A stretch of 64,000 nucleotides of DNA. Origin: Eledone cirrhosa. Its lineage: Eukaryota. The stretch is taken from the NCBI GenBank assembly GCA_964016885.1, contig OZ024765.1:4712001-4776000 (forward strand). Reading direction: 5' to 3'. Within the stretch, counting starts at the first letter, position 1. The number at the start of each line of letters is the position of its first letter. The notes beneath the pieces are model-generated. The model ran no database searches and was not told where the DNA came from. It saw only the letters and a program-made list of their open reading frames with translations. Positions 28,780 through 42,548 of this stretch are shown here, in pieces. A program made the translations under genes and the position numbers.

Positions 28780-29460
28780 GTCTCTCTTCAATTTCTGTGT
28801 ATATTGTCAATTATGATTTCCTTTTATGTATCATATCTACATGCATGCATATTTGCATATAATATCAATATACACACTACACATGCTAGCAGAAAACCAC
28901 TCGAAGTGGGGTTTTCTGCTAGTTTCATTAATGTTCCAATTTATAATATTGAAACTATCGTTGACAAGAGATTGCAAGCACATTTATAGCAGATAATTTG
29001 TTTTTCGGCATGGTGACTACCTTGGCCTTTATTGCTCCCTAGATATCTAAAAAACGTGTTCCCATTGTAGTTTATTTATCATTGTATTCACATCTATTTC
29101 CATTGAGTTTGTGTTTGTCACTCTGCCTTCCTTGAATGTTGTTTTGGTGCATATTTCCAATCTAAACTCTATCCCTACATCATCATGAAATACCTTGACT
29201 GTCTTCAGCAGTCCTTCCAGTTCAATGTCACTTTTTGGTATACAGCTTCAAGTTATCCATATAAAACAGGGGATTTATGGTTTTGCTATCTATTTTGTAG
29301 CCATATTTTTGTTTAGTTGAGTGCTAGAGATGGCAGTGTGAGTGCAATGTAAAATATCAGAGGAAATATACCACAGTTAATACTTATGCTACTGGAATTT
29401 ATAGTTTCATCACTGTGAGACAGTGATAGATTTGTATTCCATACAGACATGTTGCACTTC
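28780..29460 (-). mobile_element. Decayed Dong/R4-type non-LTR retrotransposon RT fragment
   Basis: Minus strand SINCGIFPLIFYIAL..INPLFYMDNLKLY..LEGLLKTVKVFHDDVGIEFRLEIC..FRYLG..NKLSAINVLA; resembles the HLxYMDDLKLY signature; many frameshifts. Confidence 0.72.
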
Positions 29461-29470
29461 AGGAAATTAA

Positions 29471-29515
<45 letters not shown>

Positions 29516-29624
29516 TAGAGCATCAAACACCTTGCTTTGCAGTATAGAGTGGTGGATTGGCAGTATCAGTAGAGGGTCTGATGCCATGCTTTGTGGCATA
29601 GAGTTATGCTCTTTTACAGTCTCA

Positions 29625-30378
29625 GTTCAAATCCCGCCGAGGTTAACTTTGCCTTTCATCCTTACGGGGTCGATAAAATAAAGTACCGGTAATACACTGG
29701 GGTCAATTCAGGAGTAGAAACTATTGTTCAAATCCCGCCGAGGTTAACTTTGCCTTTCATCTTTACGGGGTCGATAAAATAAAGTACCAGTAATACACTT
29801 GGGTCGATTCAGGAGTAGAAACTATTGTTCAAATCCCGCCGAGGTTAACTTTGCCTTTCATCCTTACGGGGTCGATAAAATAAAGTACCAGTAATACACT
29901 TGGGTCGATTCAGGAGTAGAAACTATTGTTCAAATCCCGCCGAGGTTAACTTTGCCTTTCATCCTTACGGGGTCGATAAAATAAAGTACCAGTAATACAC
30001 TGGGATCGATTCAGGAGTAGAAACTATTGTTCAAATCCCGCCGAGGTTAACTTTGCCTTTCATCCTTACGGGGGTCGATAAAATAAAGTACCAGTAATGC
30101 ACTGGGGTCGATTCAGGAGTAGAAACTATTGTTCAAATCCCGCCGAGGTTAACTTTGCCTTTCATCCTTATGGGGTCGATAAAATAAAGTACCAGTAATA
30201 CATTGGAGTTGATTCAGGAGTAGAAACTATTGTTCAAATCCCGCCGAGGTTAACTTTGCCTTTCATCCTTACGGGGGTCGATAAAATAAAGTACCAGTAA
30301 TACACTTGGGTCAATTCAGGAGTAGAAACTATTGTTCAAATCCCACCGAGGTTAACTTTGCCTTTCATCCTTACGGGG
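29625..30378 (+). repeat. 101-bp tandem array of a SINE internal segment (8 B boxes)
   Basis: GTTCAAATCCC at 29625, 29726, 29827, 29928, 30029, 30131, 30232, 30334. Confidence 0.92.
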
Positions 30379-30510
30379 TAAATTCTTTGAGATAGTACCC
30401 AGTGCTCCTATGACAATTGGGAAGACCTTCATCTCTTGACAGTCCCAAACCCTTTTTGATTCCCGCTTTAAACCCTGGTATCAGTTAATTTTCTCTTTCT
30501 CCTTTTCCAG

Positions 30511-30825
30511 TTCTGGGCAGCTTCCAAAACCATCCGGAATCCAGTATAGTGCGTGTAGGCGAATCAGTGACGTTGAGTTGTTTAACAGGGCGGAGCGTAC
30601 CCCCGGCTCGGGTCTACTGGGAGAAAGATGGCATCATATTCAAGATCGGTAGCCAAAATACCGATACCACCAAAATACTGGGGCAGCCAATGGTGACGGT
30701 TACAAACATGAGTTTGGAATTTATTATCAGTGATGACAGCATGTCCGGAGAATATATCTGTGTAGCGGAGAATAACATGACGGGGGACATTTACCGAAGT
30801 GACGCTGGAAGTATACATTCTGCAG
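30511..30825 (+). CDS. Exon encoding Ig-like domain B of the same gene
   Basis: Strong acceptor (TTCTCTTTCTCCTTTTCCAG), donor G|GTAAG, 315 nt phase 1-1, in frame with the previous exon. FLGSFQNHPESSIVRVGESVTLSCLTGRSVPPARVYWEKDG..MSGEYICVAEN. Confidence 0.93.
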
Positions 30826-30861
30826 GTAAGGGGACAAACATATATGTTCGGAAAATATATA

Positions 30862-30893
30862 GTTGTTGTTGGCATTGTTGTTGTTTTCCTTGA

Positions 30894-30925
<32 letters not shown>

Positions 30926-30932
30926 TCCTTGA

Positions 30933-30964
<32 letters not shown>

Positions 30965-31082
30965 TCCTTGATGTTGTTGTTGTTGTTGTTGTTTTCCTTG
31001 ATGTTGTTGTTGTTGTTGTTTTCCTTGATGTTGTTGTTGTTGTTGTTTTCCTTGATGTTGTTGTTGTTGTTGTTTTCCTTGA

Positions 31083-31114
<32 letters not shown>

Positions 31115-31210
31115 TCCTTGTTGTTGTTGTTGTTGTTGTTTTCCTTGATGTTGTTGTTGTTGTTGTTTTCCTTGATGTTGTTGTTGTTGTTGTTGTTGCT
31201 GTTGTTTTCC

Positions 31211-31246
<36 letters not shown>

Positions 31247-31621
31247 TCCTTGTTGTTGTTGTTGTTGTTGTTTTCCTTGTTGTTGTTGTTGTTGTTGTTG
31301 TTTTCCTTGTTGTTGTTGTTGTTTTCCTTGTTGTTGTTGTTGTTGTTGTTGTTGTTTTCCTTGTTGTTGTTGGCATTGTTGTTGTTTTCCTTGATGTTGT
31401 TGTTGTTGTTGTTTTCCTTGTTGTTGTTGTTGTTGTTGTTTTCCTTGTTGTTGTTGTTGTTGTTGTTGTTTTCCTTGTTGTTGTTGTTGTTGTTGTTTTC
31501 CTTGTTGTTGTTGTTGTTGTTGTTGTTTTCCTTGTTGTTGTTGTTGTTGTTGTTGTTTTCCTTGATGTTGTTGTTGTTGTTGTTGTTTTCCTTGATGTTG
31601 TTGTTGTTGTTGTTGTTTTCC

Positions 31622-31663
<42 letters not shown>

Positions 31664-33642
31664 TCCTTGATGTTGTTGTTGTTGTTGTTGTTTTCCTTGA
31701 TGTTGTTGTTGTTGTTGTTGTTGTTGTTTTCCTTGATGTTGTTGTTGTTGTTGTTTTCCTTGTTGTTGTTGTTGTTGTTGTTTTCCTTGTTGTTGTTTTC
31801 CTTGATGTTGTTGTTGTTGTTGTTGTTGTTTTCCTTGATGTTGTTGTTGTTGTTGTTTTCCTTGATGTTGTTGTTGTTGTTGTTTTCCTTGATGTTGTTG
31901 TTGTTGTTGTTTTCCTTGTTGTTGTTGTTGTTGTTGTTGTTTTCCTTGATGTTGTTGTTGTTGTTGTTTTCCTTGATGTTGTTGTTGTTGTTGTTTTCCT
32001 TGATGTTGTTGTTGTTGTTGTTTTCCTTGATGTTGTTGTTGTTGTTTTCCTTGATGTTGTTGTTGTTGTTGTTTTCCTTGTTGTTGTTGTTGTTTTCCTT
32101 GTTGTTGTTGTTGTTGTTTTCCTTGATGTTGTTGTTGTTGTTGTTTTCCTTGATGTTGTTATTGTTGTTGTTTTCCTTGTTGTTGTTGTTGTTGTTGTTT
32201 TCCTTGATGTTGTTGTTGTTGTTGTTTTCCTTGATGTTGTTGTTGTTGTTGTTTTCCTTGATGTTGTTGTTGTTGTTGTTTTCCTTGATGTTGTTGTTGT
32301 TGTTGTTTTCCTTGATGTTGTTATTGTTGTTGTTTTCCTTGTTGTTGTTGTTGTTGTTTTCCTTGATGTTGTTGTTGTTGTTGTTTTCCTTGATGTTGTT
32401 GTTGTTGTTGTTTTCCTTGTTGTTGTTGTTGTTGTTGTTTTCCTTGATGTTGTTATTGTTGTTGTTTTCCTTGTTGTTGTTGTTGTTGTTTTCCTTGATG
32501 TTGTTGTTGTTGTTGTTTTCCTTGATGTTGTTGTTGTTGTTGTTTTCCTTGTTGTTGTTGTTGTTGTTTCCCTTGATGTTGTTGTTGTTGTTGTTTTCCT
32601 TGTTGTTGTTGTTGTTGTTGTTTTCCTTGATGTTGTTGTTGTTGTTGTTTTCCTTGATGTTGTTGTTGTTGTTGTTTTCCTTGTTGTTGTTGTTGTTGTT
32701 GCTTTTCTTGTTGTTGTTGTTGTTGTTTTCCTTGTTGTTGTTGTTGTTGTTGTTTTCCTTGTTGTTGTTGTTGTTGTTGTTTTCCTTGTTGTTGTTGTTG
32801 TTGTTGTTTTCCTTGATGTTGTTGTTGTTGTTGTTTTCCTTGATGTTGTTGTTGTTGTTGTTGTTGTTGTTTTCCTTGATGTTGTTGTTGTTGTTGTTTT
32901 CCTTGATGTTGTTGTTGTTGTTGTTTTCCTTGTTGTTGTTGTTGTTGTTTTCCTTGTTGTTGTTGTTGTTGTTGTTTTCCTTGTTGTTGTTGTTGTTGTT
33001 TTCCTTGATGTTGTTGTTGTTGTTGTTGTTTACCTTGATGTTGTTGTTGTTGTTGTTTTCCTTGTTGTTGTTGTTGTTGTTGTTTTCCTTGTTGTTGTTG
33101 TTGTTGTTGTTTTCCTTGATGTTGTTGTTGTTGTTGTTTTCCTTGATGTTGTTGTTGTTGTTGTTTTCCTTGTTGTTGTTGTTGTTGTTGTTTTCCTTGT
33201 TGTTGTTGTTGTTGTTGTTGTTTTCCTTGTTGTTGTTGTTGTTGTTGTTTTCCTTGTTGTTGTTGTTGTTGTTGTTTTCCTTGATGTTGTTGTTGTTGTT
33301 GTTTTCCTTGATGTTGTTGTTGTTGTTGTTTTCCTTGTTGTTGTTGTTGTTGTTTTCCTTGATGTTGTTGTTGTTGTTGTTTTCCTTGATGTTGTTGTTG
33401 TTGTTGTTTTCCTTGTTGTTGTTGTTGTTGTTGTTGTTTTCCTTGATGTTGTTGTTGTTGTTGTTTTCCTTGATGTTGTTGTTGTTGTTGTTTTCCTTGA
33501 TGTTGTTGTTGTTGTTGTTTTCCTTGTTGTTGTTGTTGTTTTCCTTGTTGTTGTTGTTGTTGTTGTTTACCTTGATGTTGTTGTTGTTGTTTTCCTTGTT
33601 GTTGTTGTTGTTGTTGTTTTCCTTGATGTTGTTGTTGTTGTT
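30862..33642. repeat. Compound (GTT)n microsatellite punctuated by TTCCTT(GAT)
   Basis: Direct reading. Confidence 0.97.
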
Positions 33643-33736
33643 TATGCTGTCATGTGGTACATATCATCATCATCATCATATATATATACATATGTATGTA
33701 TGTGTGTATATATATATACATGTGTGTGTGTGTGTT

Positions 33737-33768
<32 letters not shown>

Positions 33769-34012
33769 TATGTATGTGTGTATATATACATACATGTGTG
33801 TGTGTGTGTGTTTATATATATACATGTGTCTGTGTGTTTATATATATATATGTGTATATATATATATATATATACATATGTATGTATGTGAGTATATATA
33901 TACATGTGTGTGTGTGTGTTTATATATATATGTATATATATACATATGTATGTGTGTATATATACATACATGTGTGTGTGTGTGTTTATATATATACATG
34001 TGTCTGTGTGTT

Positions 34013-34044
<32 letters not shown>

Positions 34045-34917
34045 TATACATATGTATGTATGTGTGTATATATATACATGTGTGTGTGTGTTTATATATA
34101 TGTATGTATGTGTGTATATATATACATGTGTGTGTCTGTTTATATATATATATGTATATATGTATATATATATGTATATATGTATATATATATATATACA
34201 TATGTATGTATGTGTATATATATATACATGTGTGTGTGTGTGTGTTTATATATATATGTATATATATATATACATATGTATGCGTGTGTGTATATACATA
34301 CATGTGTGTGTGTGTGTTTATATATATATGTAAGAGATGGCAACATTAATGGACCTGTTATTTTTCATTTCTGCCCTGCCCGTCTCCTCAGTCTTTCTAT
34401 TTCTTCTTTAATTTCTCTTTCTATTTTCTGATGAGGGACTAGCATCCAAAACATTAAGACTCTTTTCCTACTATATCAAGCGTAAAACTAATAATATATT
34501 TCTCACTGTACTGTGCTGTTTGCCTTGTTATTTCTGTTTACCTTTTGGATGCATAAGAGATCGTGTAGGTGTCACGACAAAAAAAAGCACCCAGTCCACG
34601 CTGTAAAGTGGTTGTGAAGGAGACACGGTAAAAAGGCTACCAGTCCACACTGTAAAGTGGTCATGTAGGAGACACGGTAAAAAGGCTCCCAGTCCACACT
34701 GTAAGGTGGTTGTGTAGGAGAAACAGTAAAAAGGCTCCCAGTCCACACTGTAAGGTGGTCGGTGTTAGGAAGGGCATCCAGCCATAGAAAACCTGACAGA
34801 TACAGTTTTATACGAGCCAGACACGGTCATCTGATCAGTCTTTCCTTAAGTGGGACAATTCCCGTCTAACCCATGCTAGCATGAAAGACAGGCATTAAAC
34901 GATGATGATGATATATG

Positions 34918-34977
<60 letters not shown>

Positions 34978-34978
<1 letters not shown>

Positions 34979-35464
34979 GTTATTCCGGGTTGAATCGGAG
35001 GTAACCACAGTAAGTAAGGTACTCAATACATTGCAGAGTATAAAAGTTTTAATATAGATGAGATTCTACAGGACTAGAACTGTTTCATTCTTTAGAAATC
35101 ATCAGGAATCTGGGTATCAAAAAATAACCATGACTGACCCCCAATGATCTTATAGACACCCGAAATCTAGGCATTGTTAGCTTAAGAGAAACTTAAAAAT
35201 AAGGAGTGGCACCCCATTCTGAACGTGTTTATAGAATTCTTTCTGCCTTTGTTACTCTAAATATAAGCTATAGCTTTGAAGAATTAGCTTTTAATGAATT
35301 CCCTTTTCTATCAACCAATGACCTACACCCATCCCACTCCCTACCCTCTCCTACCACCATGAAGAGACCTATAAATACCATATTTATTTTTGATACCCAG
35401 ATTCCTGATGATTTCTAAAGAATGAAACAGTTCTAGTCCTGTAGAATCTCATCTATATTAAAAC

Positions 35465-35465
<1 letters not shown>
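34978..35465 (-). mobile_element. Penelope-like remnant with about 82-bp inverted repeats carrying CUGAUGA..GAAAC..GUC
   Basis: 35045-35126 is the reverse complement of 35384-35465; (TA)n on both flanks; core boxes at 35405-35411, 35424-35428 and 35436-35438. Confidence 0.62.
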
Positions 35466-35497
<32 letters not shown>

Positions 35498-36787
35498 GCA
35501 TATATATATATATATATATATAAGGCTTTGGTTGACCCATGGCTATGTTACATTTACAGAAGATATCACATAATGGGATAGAACCCAGAACCTCTCGGTT
35601 ACAGAGTAAACCTCTTAACCAATCAGTCCTGTTGTATTTACTTTATAGAAGTAATTACACAATGAAAGAAACATTTTAACCAACTAACCTGAGGGAAAAA
35701 ATCCCCCTAAACACAAAAACTCTTCTATTCTATTTATCATTTATTTCATTTGTTTCGTGAGGTGTCAGAATTTTCATGACATAACTGTCACCTGGTCACT
35801 GACATTACTCCATGGTAACCATCAATGGAATTCTCTCAGTGACCAGGTCACAGAAAGGGCAGCAAGAATTTTGACAGCTCACTATATAAATGGAAATTGA
35901 AATAAAACTGTTTTTGTTTGTTTCTTAACCCTTTTAATAGGAAAGATAAACTAACTTATTTTAACTCTTCCAACATGATTTACTATAGGAACTTTTTGGT
36001 CAATTATATTATAAATACCATCTTAATAATTATTCCTACTTTTGGCACAAGGCCAGTAATTTTCCCAGTGTATTACTGGTACTTTATATTATCGACCTCA
36101 TAATGATGAAAGGCAAAGTTAACCTTAGCGGGATTTGAACTCACACCACAAAGGGCTGTAACTCTATGCTGCAAAGCATGGTGTCTGACGCTCTACCGAT
36201 ATTGCTAATCCACTGCCCTTAATACCATCTTAACTTAATAATTGTTTCTACTTTTGGCACAAGGCCAGCTATTACCCGAGTGTATTACTGGTACTTTATT
36301 TTATCGACCCCGTAAGGATGAAAGGCAAAGTTAACCTCGGCGGGATTTGAACTCAGAATGGCAAGGGTCGTAACTCAATGCGTCAAAGCATGGCGTCCGA
36401 CCCTCTACCAATACTGCCAATCCACCAATAATGAAATCTTCCTATTCCCCTCTTTTTCTTCCTCCTCTTTCTCCTCCTCCCCCTCCTCCTCCTTTGCCAC
36501 CCTGGGTTGGTTGTAAGGGACAGAGTCCTCAAACACTCCCTCCAGTGGGTCCTGTCAGAAGCAACCGTCTCCAACTGATCTGGCCGGGATCCCCAAGTGA
36601 AACCAGTCAAGCCCATGGATGTTATCCAACCATCTTGCTCGAGGGCTACCCCTGGGTCTCCTGCCAACTGGTTTTGCCTGTAAAATCTGTCCAGCGATTC
36701 TTTCCTGAGACATCCTAACCACATGTCTGTAGTATCAGAGCTGTGGTCTCTCAATTTGGGGAAGTAGCAGCTCTACCTGGAGTGACT

Positions 36788-36796
36788 TCTACTACT

Positions 36797-36831
<35 letters not shown>

Positions 36832-37136
36832 CACTACCACCACCACCACCACTACCACCACCACTACTACACTACTACCACCACCACTACTACACTACTA
36901 CCACTAACACCACCACTACCACTACTACTACTACTACTACCACTACCACCACCACCACCACTACCACCACCACTACTACACTACTACCACCACCACCACT
37001 ACTACACTACTACCACTAACACCACCACTACCACTACTACTACTACTACTACCACTACCACCACCACCACCACTACCACCACCACTACTACACTACTACC
37101 ACCACCACTACTACACTACTACCACTAACACCACCA

Positions 37137-37170
<34 letters not shown>

Positions 37171-37361
37171 CACTACCACCACCACCACCACTACCACCAC
37201 CACTACTACACTACTACCACCACCACTACTACACTACTACCACTAACACCACCACTACCACTACTACTACTACTACCACTACCACCACCACCACCACCAC
37301 CACCACTACCACCACCACTACTACACTACTACCACCACCACTACTACACTACTACCACTAA

Positions 37362-37406
<45 letters not shown>

Positions 37407-37484
37407 CACTACCACCACCACCACCACTACCACCACCACTACTACACTACTACCACCACCACTACTACACTACTACCACCACCA

Positions 37485-37515
<31 letters not shown>

Positions 37516-37593
37516 CACTACCACCACCACCACCACTACCACCACCACTACTACACTACTACCACCACCACTACTACACTACTACCACCACCA

Positions 37594-37624
<31 letters not shown>

Positions 37625-38000
37625 CACTACCACCACCACCACCACTACCACCACCACTACTACACTACTACCACCACCACTACTACACTACTACCACTAA
37701 CACCACCACTACTACTACCACTAACACCACCACTACTACTACCACTACTACCACCACGACTACTACACTACTACCACCACCACTGCCACCACCAACACTA
37801 CCACCATCACCACCACCAACACTACCACCACCACCACCAACACTACCACCACCATCACCAACACCACCACCACTCTCACCATTACCACAATCACCACCAC
37901 CACCACTACCACCACCACTCCACCACCACACCACCACCATCACCACTACCACCAATACATCACCACCACCACCACCACAACCACCACCACCACCACCATC
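36788..38000. repeat. (CAC/TAC)n compound microsatellite
   Basis: Direct reading; similar tracts at 8430-8860 and 61620-62270. Confidence 0.95.
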
Positions 38001-38516
38001 TCTAGTTCATGTTGAGTTTTCTTTATTAATAAACTTAATAATTCAATTTGACATTTTATATCTTTGCTTTCCTCTCATAAAAAGATCTCTCCAGAAAAGC
38101 TATTGTGATGTGATATTTAAAGGTTTATTCTAATCCAATCTTTCAGTTATTGATCTCTCAAGAAGATCTATCGCTTTAATTTGGGTCAGCATTTACGGAG
38201 AAGGAGTTACGAGAATTTTTTCCTTCAAGTTTTTTTTTTGATAAAAAAAAATTGTAATAACGACTGTAATATCTTTTGAATGTCTAAAAAATGTAAAAAT
38301 TTAGTTGGTTTTAAGAGATAATTTTCATATCTGTCAAGTCTGGAGAGGAAATCTGGGAATGTTAGTAATTATTTTGTTTCTTTTATCATCGTTATGTGAA
38401 AGTGGCTGGCGTAGTGGTTAGAGAATTTGATTCCTAATTGTAAAGTTACAAGTTCGATTTCCTGGACTGGGTGATGCATTATGTCCTTCAGCAAGACACT
38501 TTATTTCATGTTGCCT

Positions 38517-39132
38517 CCTTCTGCCAGGGGTCGTGACTGACAGATAGTATCAGCAATGGAAAGACCAATGGAAACATTGTTTCCTTGGTCTGATCTGATG
38601 ATCAGTTCCTTTCTTCTGCCAGGAGTTGTGACTGACAGATAGTATCAGTAATGGAAAGACCAATGGAAACATTGTTTCCTTGGTCTGATCTGATGATCAG
38701 CTCCTTTCTTCTGCCAGGAGTTGTGACTGACAGATAGTATCAGTTATGGAAAGACCAATGGAGACATTGTTTCCTTGGTCTGATCTGATGATCAGCTCCT
38801 TTCTTCTGCCAGGAGTTGTGATTGACAGATAGTATCAGCAATGGAAAGACCAATGGAAACATTGTTTCCTTGTTCCGATCTGATGATCAGTTCCTTTCTT
38901 CTGCCAGGAGTTGTGACTGACAGATAGTATCAGTAATGGAAAGACCAATGGAGACATTGTTTCCTTGGTCTGATCTGATGATCAGTTCCTTTCTTCTGCC
39001 AGGAGTTGTGACTGACAGATAGTATCAGTAATGGAAAGACCAATGGAAACATTGTTTCCTTGGTCTGATCTGATGATCAGCTCCTTTCTTCTGCCAGGAG
39101 TTGTGACTGACAGATAGTATCAGCAATGGAAA
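38517..39132 (+). repeat. 95-bp tandem array (about 6.5 copies) of a SINE tail
   Basis: TTCTTCTGCC recurs at 38611, 38706, 38801, 38896, 38991, 39086 and follows the SINE head at 38396. Confidence 0.9.
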
Positions 39133-39836
39133 AGTTCCACCCCACTCGGTAAGCTAATGTGGTCTGGGATCTTGTCATTTAATCATTGTTATAGTAAACC
39201 TTATGCAAATGGCAGAGACATTAGAATATCGGATAGTGTTTTGCAGTATTTATTTTGACTCTCTGCTCTTTGAGTTCAAATTCTACCGAGGTCAACTTTA
39301 CATTTCATCCATTCAAGGTTGATAAAAAACATACCAGTCTAGTACTGGGGTTGACTTTTCCTCTATATCTATTTCTCACTTCCATTATATCACTTTCTAT
39401 TCTTCTCTGGAAGAAATCTGTTATATTCAGACCTGGAGAGAAGATGGACTCCAACAGGTTTTAAAATGCCCTAGAAACACTGTTTCGGGAGTTACGGGAC
39501 CAGACATAGATAGAGAATCTTATACTATAGGGGAAATTTACATCAAAGTTATTCACCCTTTCATTAACATGCTTTCATATTTCTAATGAAAGACACTGGT
39601 TTTCAAATAATTTTGAAAATAATCAAGAATTTGAAAGCATTTAACTTTTTCAACTATTAAGCTGGCGTGTGGAGCATAACTTAACTCGGGTTCTTAGAAT
39701 TATAAAGCATGGATTTTAGATAAATATAAACACTTTAACCCTTTCCTTGCCATATTTCTAATGACAGACACTGCCTATGATTCTCAAATACTTTTGAAAA
39801 TACTATCAAGAATTTGGAAGGATTAAGTAATATAAC

Positions 39837-40121
39837 AGTGGAGGCATGTGGCCCAGTGGTAAGGGTGTTGGACTTACGATCATAATGTTGTGGGTTCGAT
39901 TCCTGGGTTGTGTGTAGTGTTCTGGAGCAAAACATTTCATTTCACGTTGCTCCAGTGTACTCAGCTGAAAATGAGTACCAGCAATAGCTGGGGGGGTTTA
40001 ACCCTGTGATGGACTGGCGTCCTGCCAGGGGGGAGTCTTGTACTCTCAGTCGCTTCATACTATGAAACCGAGATAAGCATCAGCCTAATGAGTCTTCTGG
40101 CTTAAGACAGACTTTAGACTT
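39837..40121 (+). mobile_element. Full-length tRNA-derived SINE with an alternative 3' half; related copies near 25703-25985, 58979-59170 and 3410-3670
   Basis: A box TGGCCCAGTGG, B box GGTTCGATTCC, AGACTT-type tail, 11-bp target duplication AGTAATATAAC (39826-39836, 40122-40132). Confidence 0.85.
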
Positions 40122-40440
40122 AGTAATATAACTAACTTTAGTATTTAGTATAATAACTAACTTTAGTATTTAGTATAATAACTAACTTCAGTATTTAGTA
40201 TAATAACTAACTTTAGTATTTAGTAATATAACTAACTTTAGTATTTAGTATAATAACTAACTTTAGTATTTAGTATAATAACTAACTTTAGTATTTAGTA
40301 TAATAACTAACTTTAGTATTTAGTATAATAACTAACTTTAGTATTTAGTATAATAACTAACTTTAGTATTTAGTGTTATAATTAACTTTAGTATTTAGTA
40401 TTATAACTAACTTTAGTATTTAGTTTAATAACTAACTTTC
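40122..40440. repeat. 25-bp minisatellite, about 12 copies
   Basis: Unit GTATTTAGTATAATAACTAACTTTA starting at the SINE target duplication. Confidence 0.9.
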
Positions 40441-42548
40441 TCTTAGGATGGTGGGTTGGCAGTGTCGGTAGAGTATCAGACACCATGCTTTGCAGCACAG
40501 AGTTACGTCCCTTTACATTATGAGTTGAAATTCCACCGAGGTTAGCTTTACATTTCATCCTTACCGTGTCGATAAATAAAGTACTAGTAATGCAACTGGG
40601 GTTGATTTAATCGACTTTCCCTTCCCCTTCAAATTGCTGGCCTTGTGCCTAAAGTAGAAATAATTATAACTAACTTTCTCATTTCTATCAATTGTTCCTA
40701 CCTGATGCGATAATGAAAGCTTTTCAGATAAATACAACACTTTAAAACAGTTTTGTATCATAAACCAGGGGTGGTTACAGGCAGTTCTGTAGCAAATGAT
40801 TTCAGGGTTTATTTCCATCCAATCTTTAAGTTATTGATCTCCATAAAAATTCTTCTTTAGCATTAATTTTGGTCAATATTTACAAACAAGGAATTATGAG
40901 ATTTTTTTATTATTGTTTTCGCTTTTTAATAAAAAAAAAAGATGTAATAATGACTGTATTGTATCTTGAATACAGTATAAAGAAGTGTAATTTTATATTT
41001 TTAGGAGATAATTTTCATATCTGTCAAATCTTCTGTTTGGAATTGAAATGTGGAGATCTTTTATCATAATTATAAAGAATCTTATACTGCAGGGGAGAGT
41101 TTCATCAAAGTTATTAACCCTTTCATTACCATATTTCTAACAAAAGACACTGTCAATGGTTTTCAAAAGTAACTCTTTCATTGCTACATTTCTTATGAAA
41201 GCCACTGCCCCAGGATTTTCAACTATAACCCTTTCATTACCATATTTCTTATGAAAGACACTGCCCCAGGATTTTCAACTATAACCCTTTCACTACCATA
41301 TTTCTAATGAAAGACACTGTCAATGATTTTCAAATATAACCCTTTCATTACCATATTTCTAATAGAAGACACTGTCAATGATTTTCAAATATAACTCTTT
41401 CATTTCTATATTTCTTATAAAGTACACTGCCCTAAAATTTTCAAATATCTAATTGTTTTTAGGAGATAATTTTCATATCTGTCAAATCTTCTGATTCGCT
41501 TTTCATCCATTGAAGGTCGATGAAAAAGTACCAGTCAAGTACTGGGGTCAATTCTTCCTTTATATCTCTCTCACTTTCATTCTCTCACTCTGTATCCTTC
41601 TCTGGAAGAAATCTGCTGTATTCAGATCTGGAGGGGAGATGGGTTGTGACAGGTTTAATAATGCCCTAGTCACCCAGTATGTCAATGCAGTGCTCCTGTG
41701 ACTCCTTCAGGAGTTTCACTACCATACATAGAGATTCTTATACTGCAGGGAAGAGTTACGCCAAGTTATTAACATTTTCATTAACATAATTCTAATGAAA
41801 GACACTGCCTGTGGTTAGCAAATAATTTTGAAAATAATCAAGAATTTTGAGAGATTTAGTAATATAACTCCCTCATTATTAGGCTGGTGTTTGGAACATA
41901 ACTTAACACAGATTCTAACATACAATTATAATTGCTGGATTTTAGATATTTGAACCCTTTGTTCCATATTTTTAAATAAAGCCATTGCTTATGGTTTTCA
42001 AATAATTTTGAAAATAATCAAGAATTTGGAGTGATTTATTATTATAAATAACTTTCTCATTATTATGCTGGTGTTTGGAACATAACTTAACACAGGTTCT
42101 TACATAGAATTATAGTAGGTTTATAGATAAATATAAACACTTTTAAAATTGTTATTAACATATTTCTAATGCCTATGGTTTTCAAATAATTAATTGTTTC
42201 TAGGAGAAATCTGGGGATCTTTGTAAATATTTTCTTTATTATCATTATTGAGAATCTTATACTGCAGAGAAGATTTACATTAAAGTTATTGACCCTTTCA
42301 TTACCATATTTCTAATAAAAGACAAACCCCAGGATTATCTCCTAAAAACAACCATATATACCCGAATATAAGCTGACCCCATCCCCTATTTTTATGTCTG
42401 AAAAATGGACAAAAATCCCAAAGCTATTTATAAGTTGATTCAACTAATCAACACATGGTCTTAGATGGGGTGGCTTTGAAATTCTCAGGAGTATAAAATA
42501 TATTTATGAATATTTTGATATTTAAAAGGTTTTAAGTGTTGTTTAGAG

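Noticed and set aside
30799-34333. Poly-Val and poly-Leu ORFs over 1000 aa
   Set aside because: (GTT)n microsatellite downstream of the splice donor at 30826.
38517-39132. CTGATGA and GAAAC in every 95-bp unit, suggesting tandem hammerheads
   Set aside because: The boxes do not close a stem II; GGAAAC is tied up in its own hairpin and the monomer near 10500 lacks CTGATGA.
39840-39910. tRNA-like sequences (also near 3165, 10355, 16110, 25705)
   Set aside because: SINE heads continuing into SINE bodies, without a complete cloverleaf.
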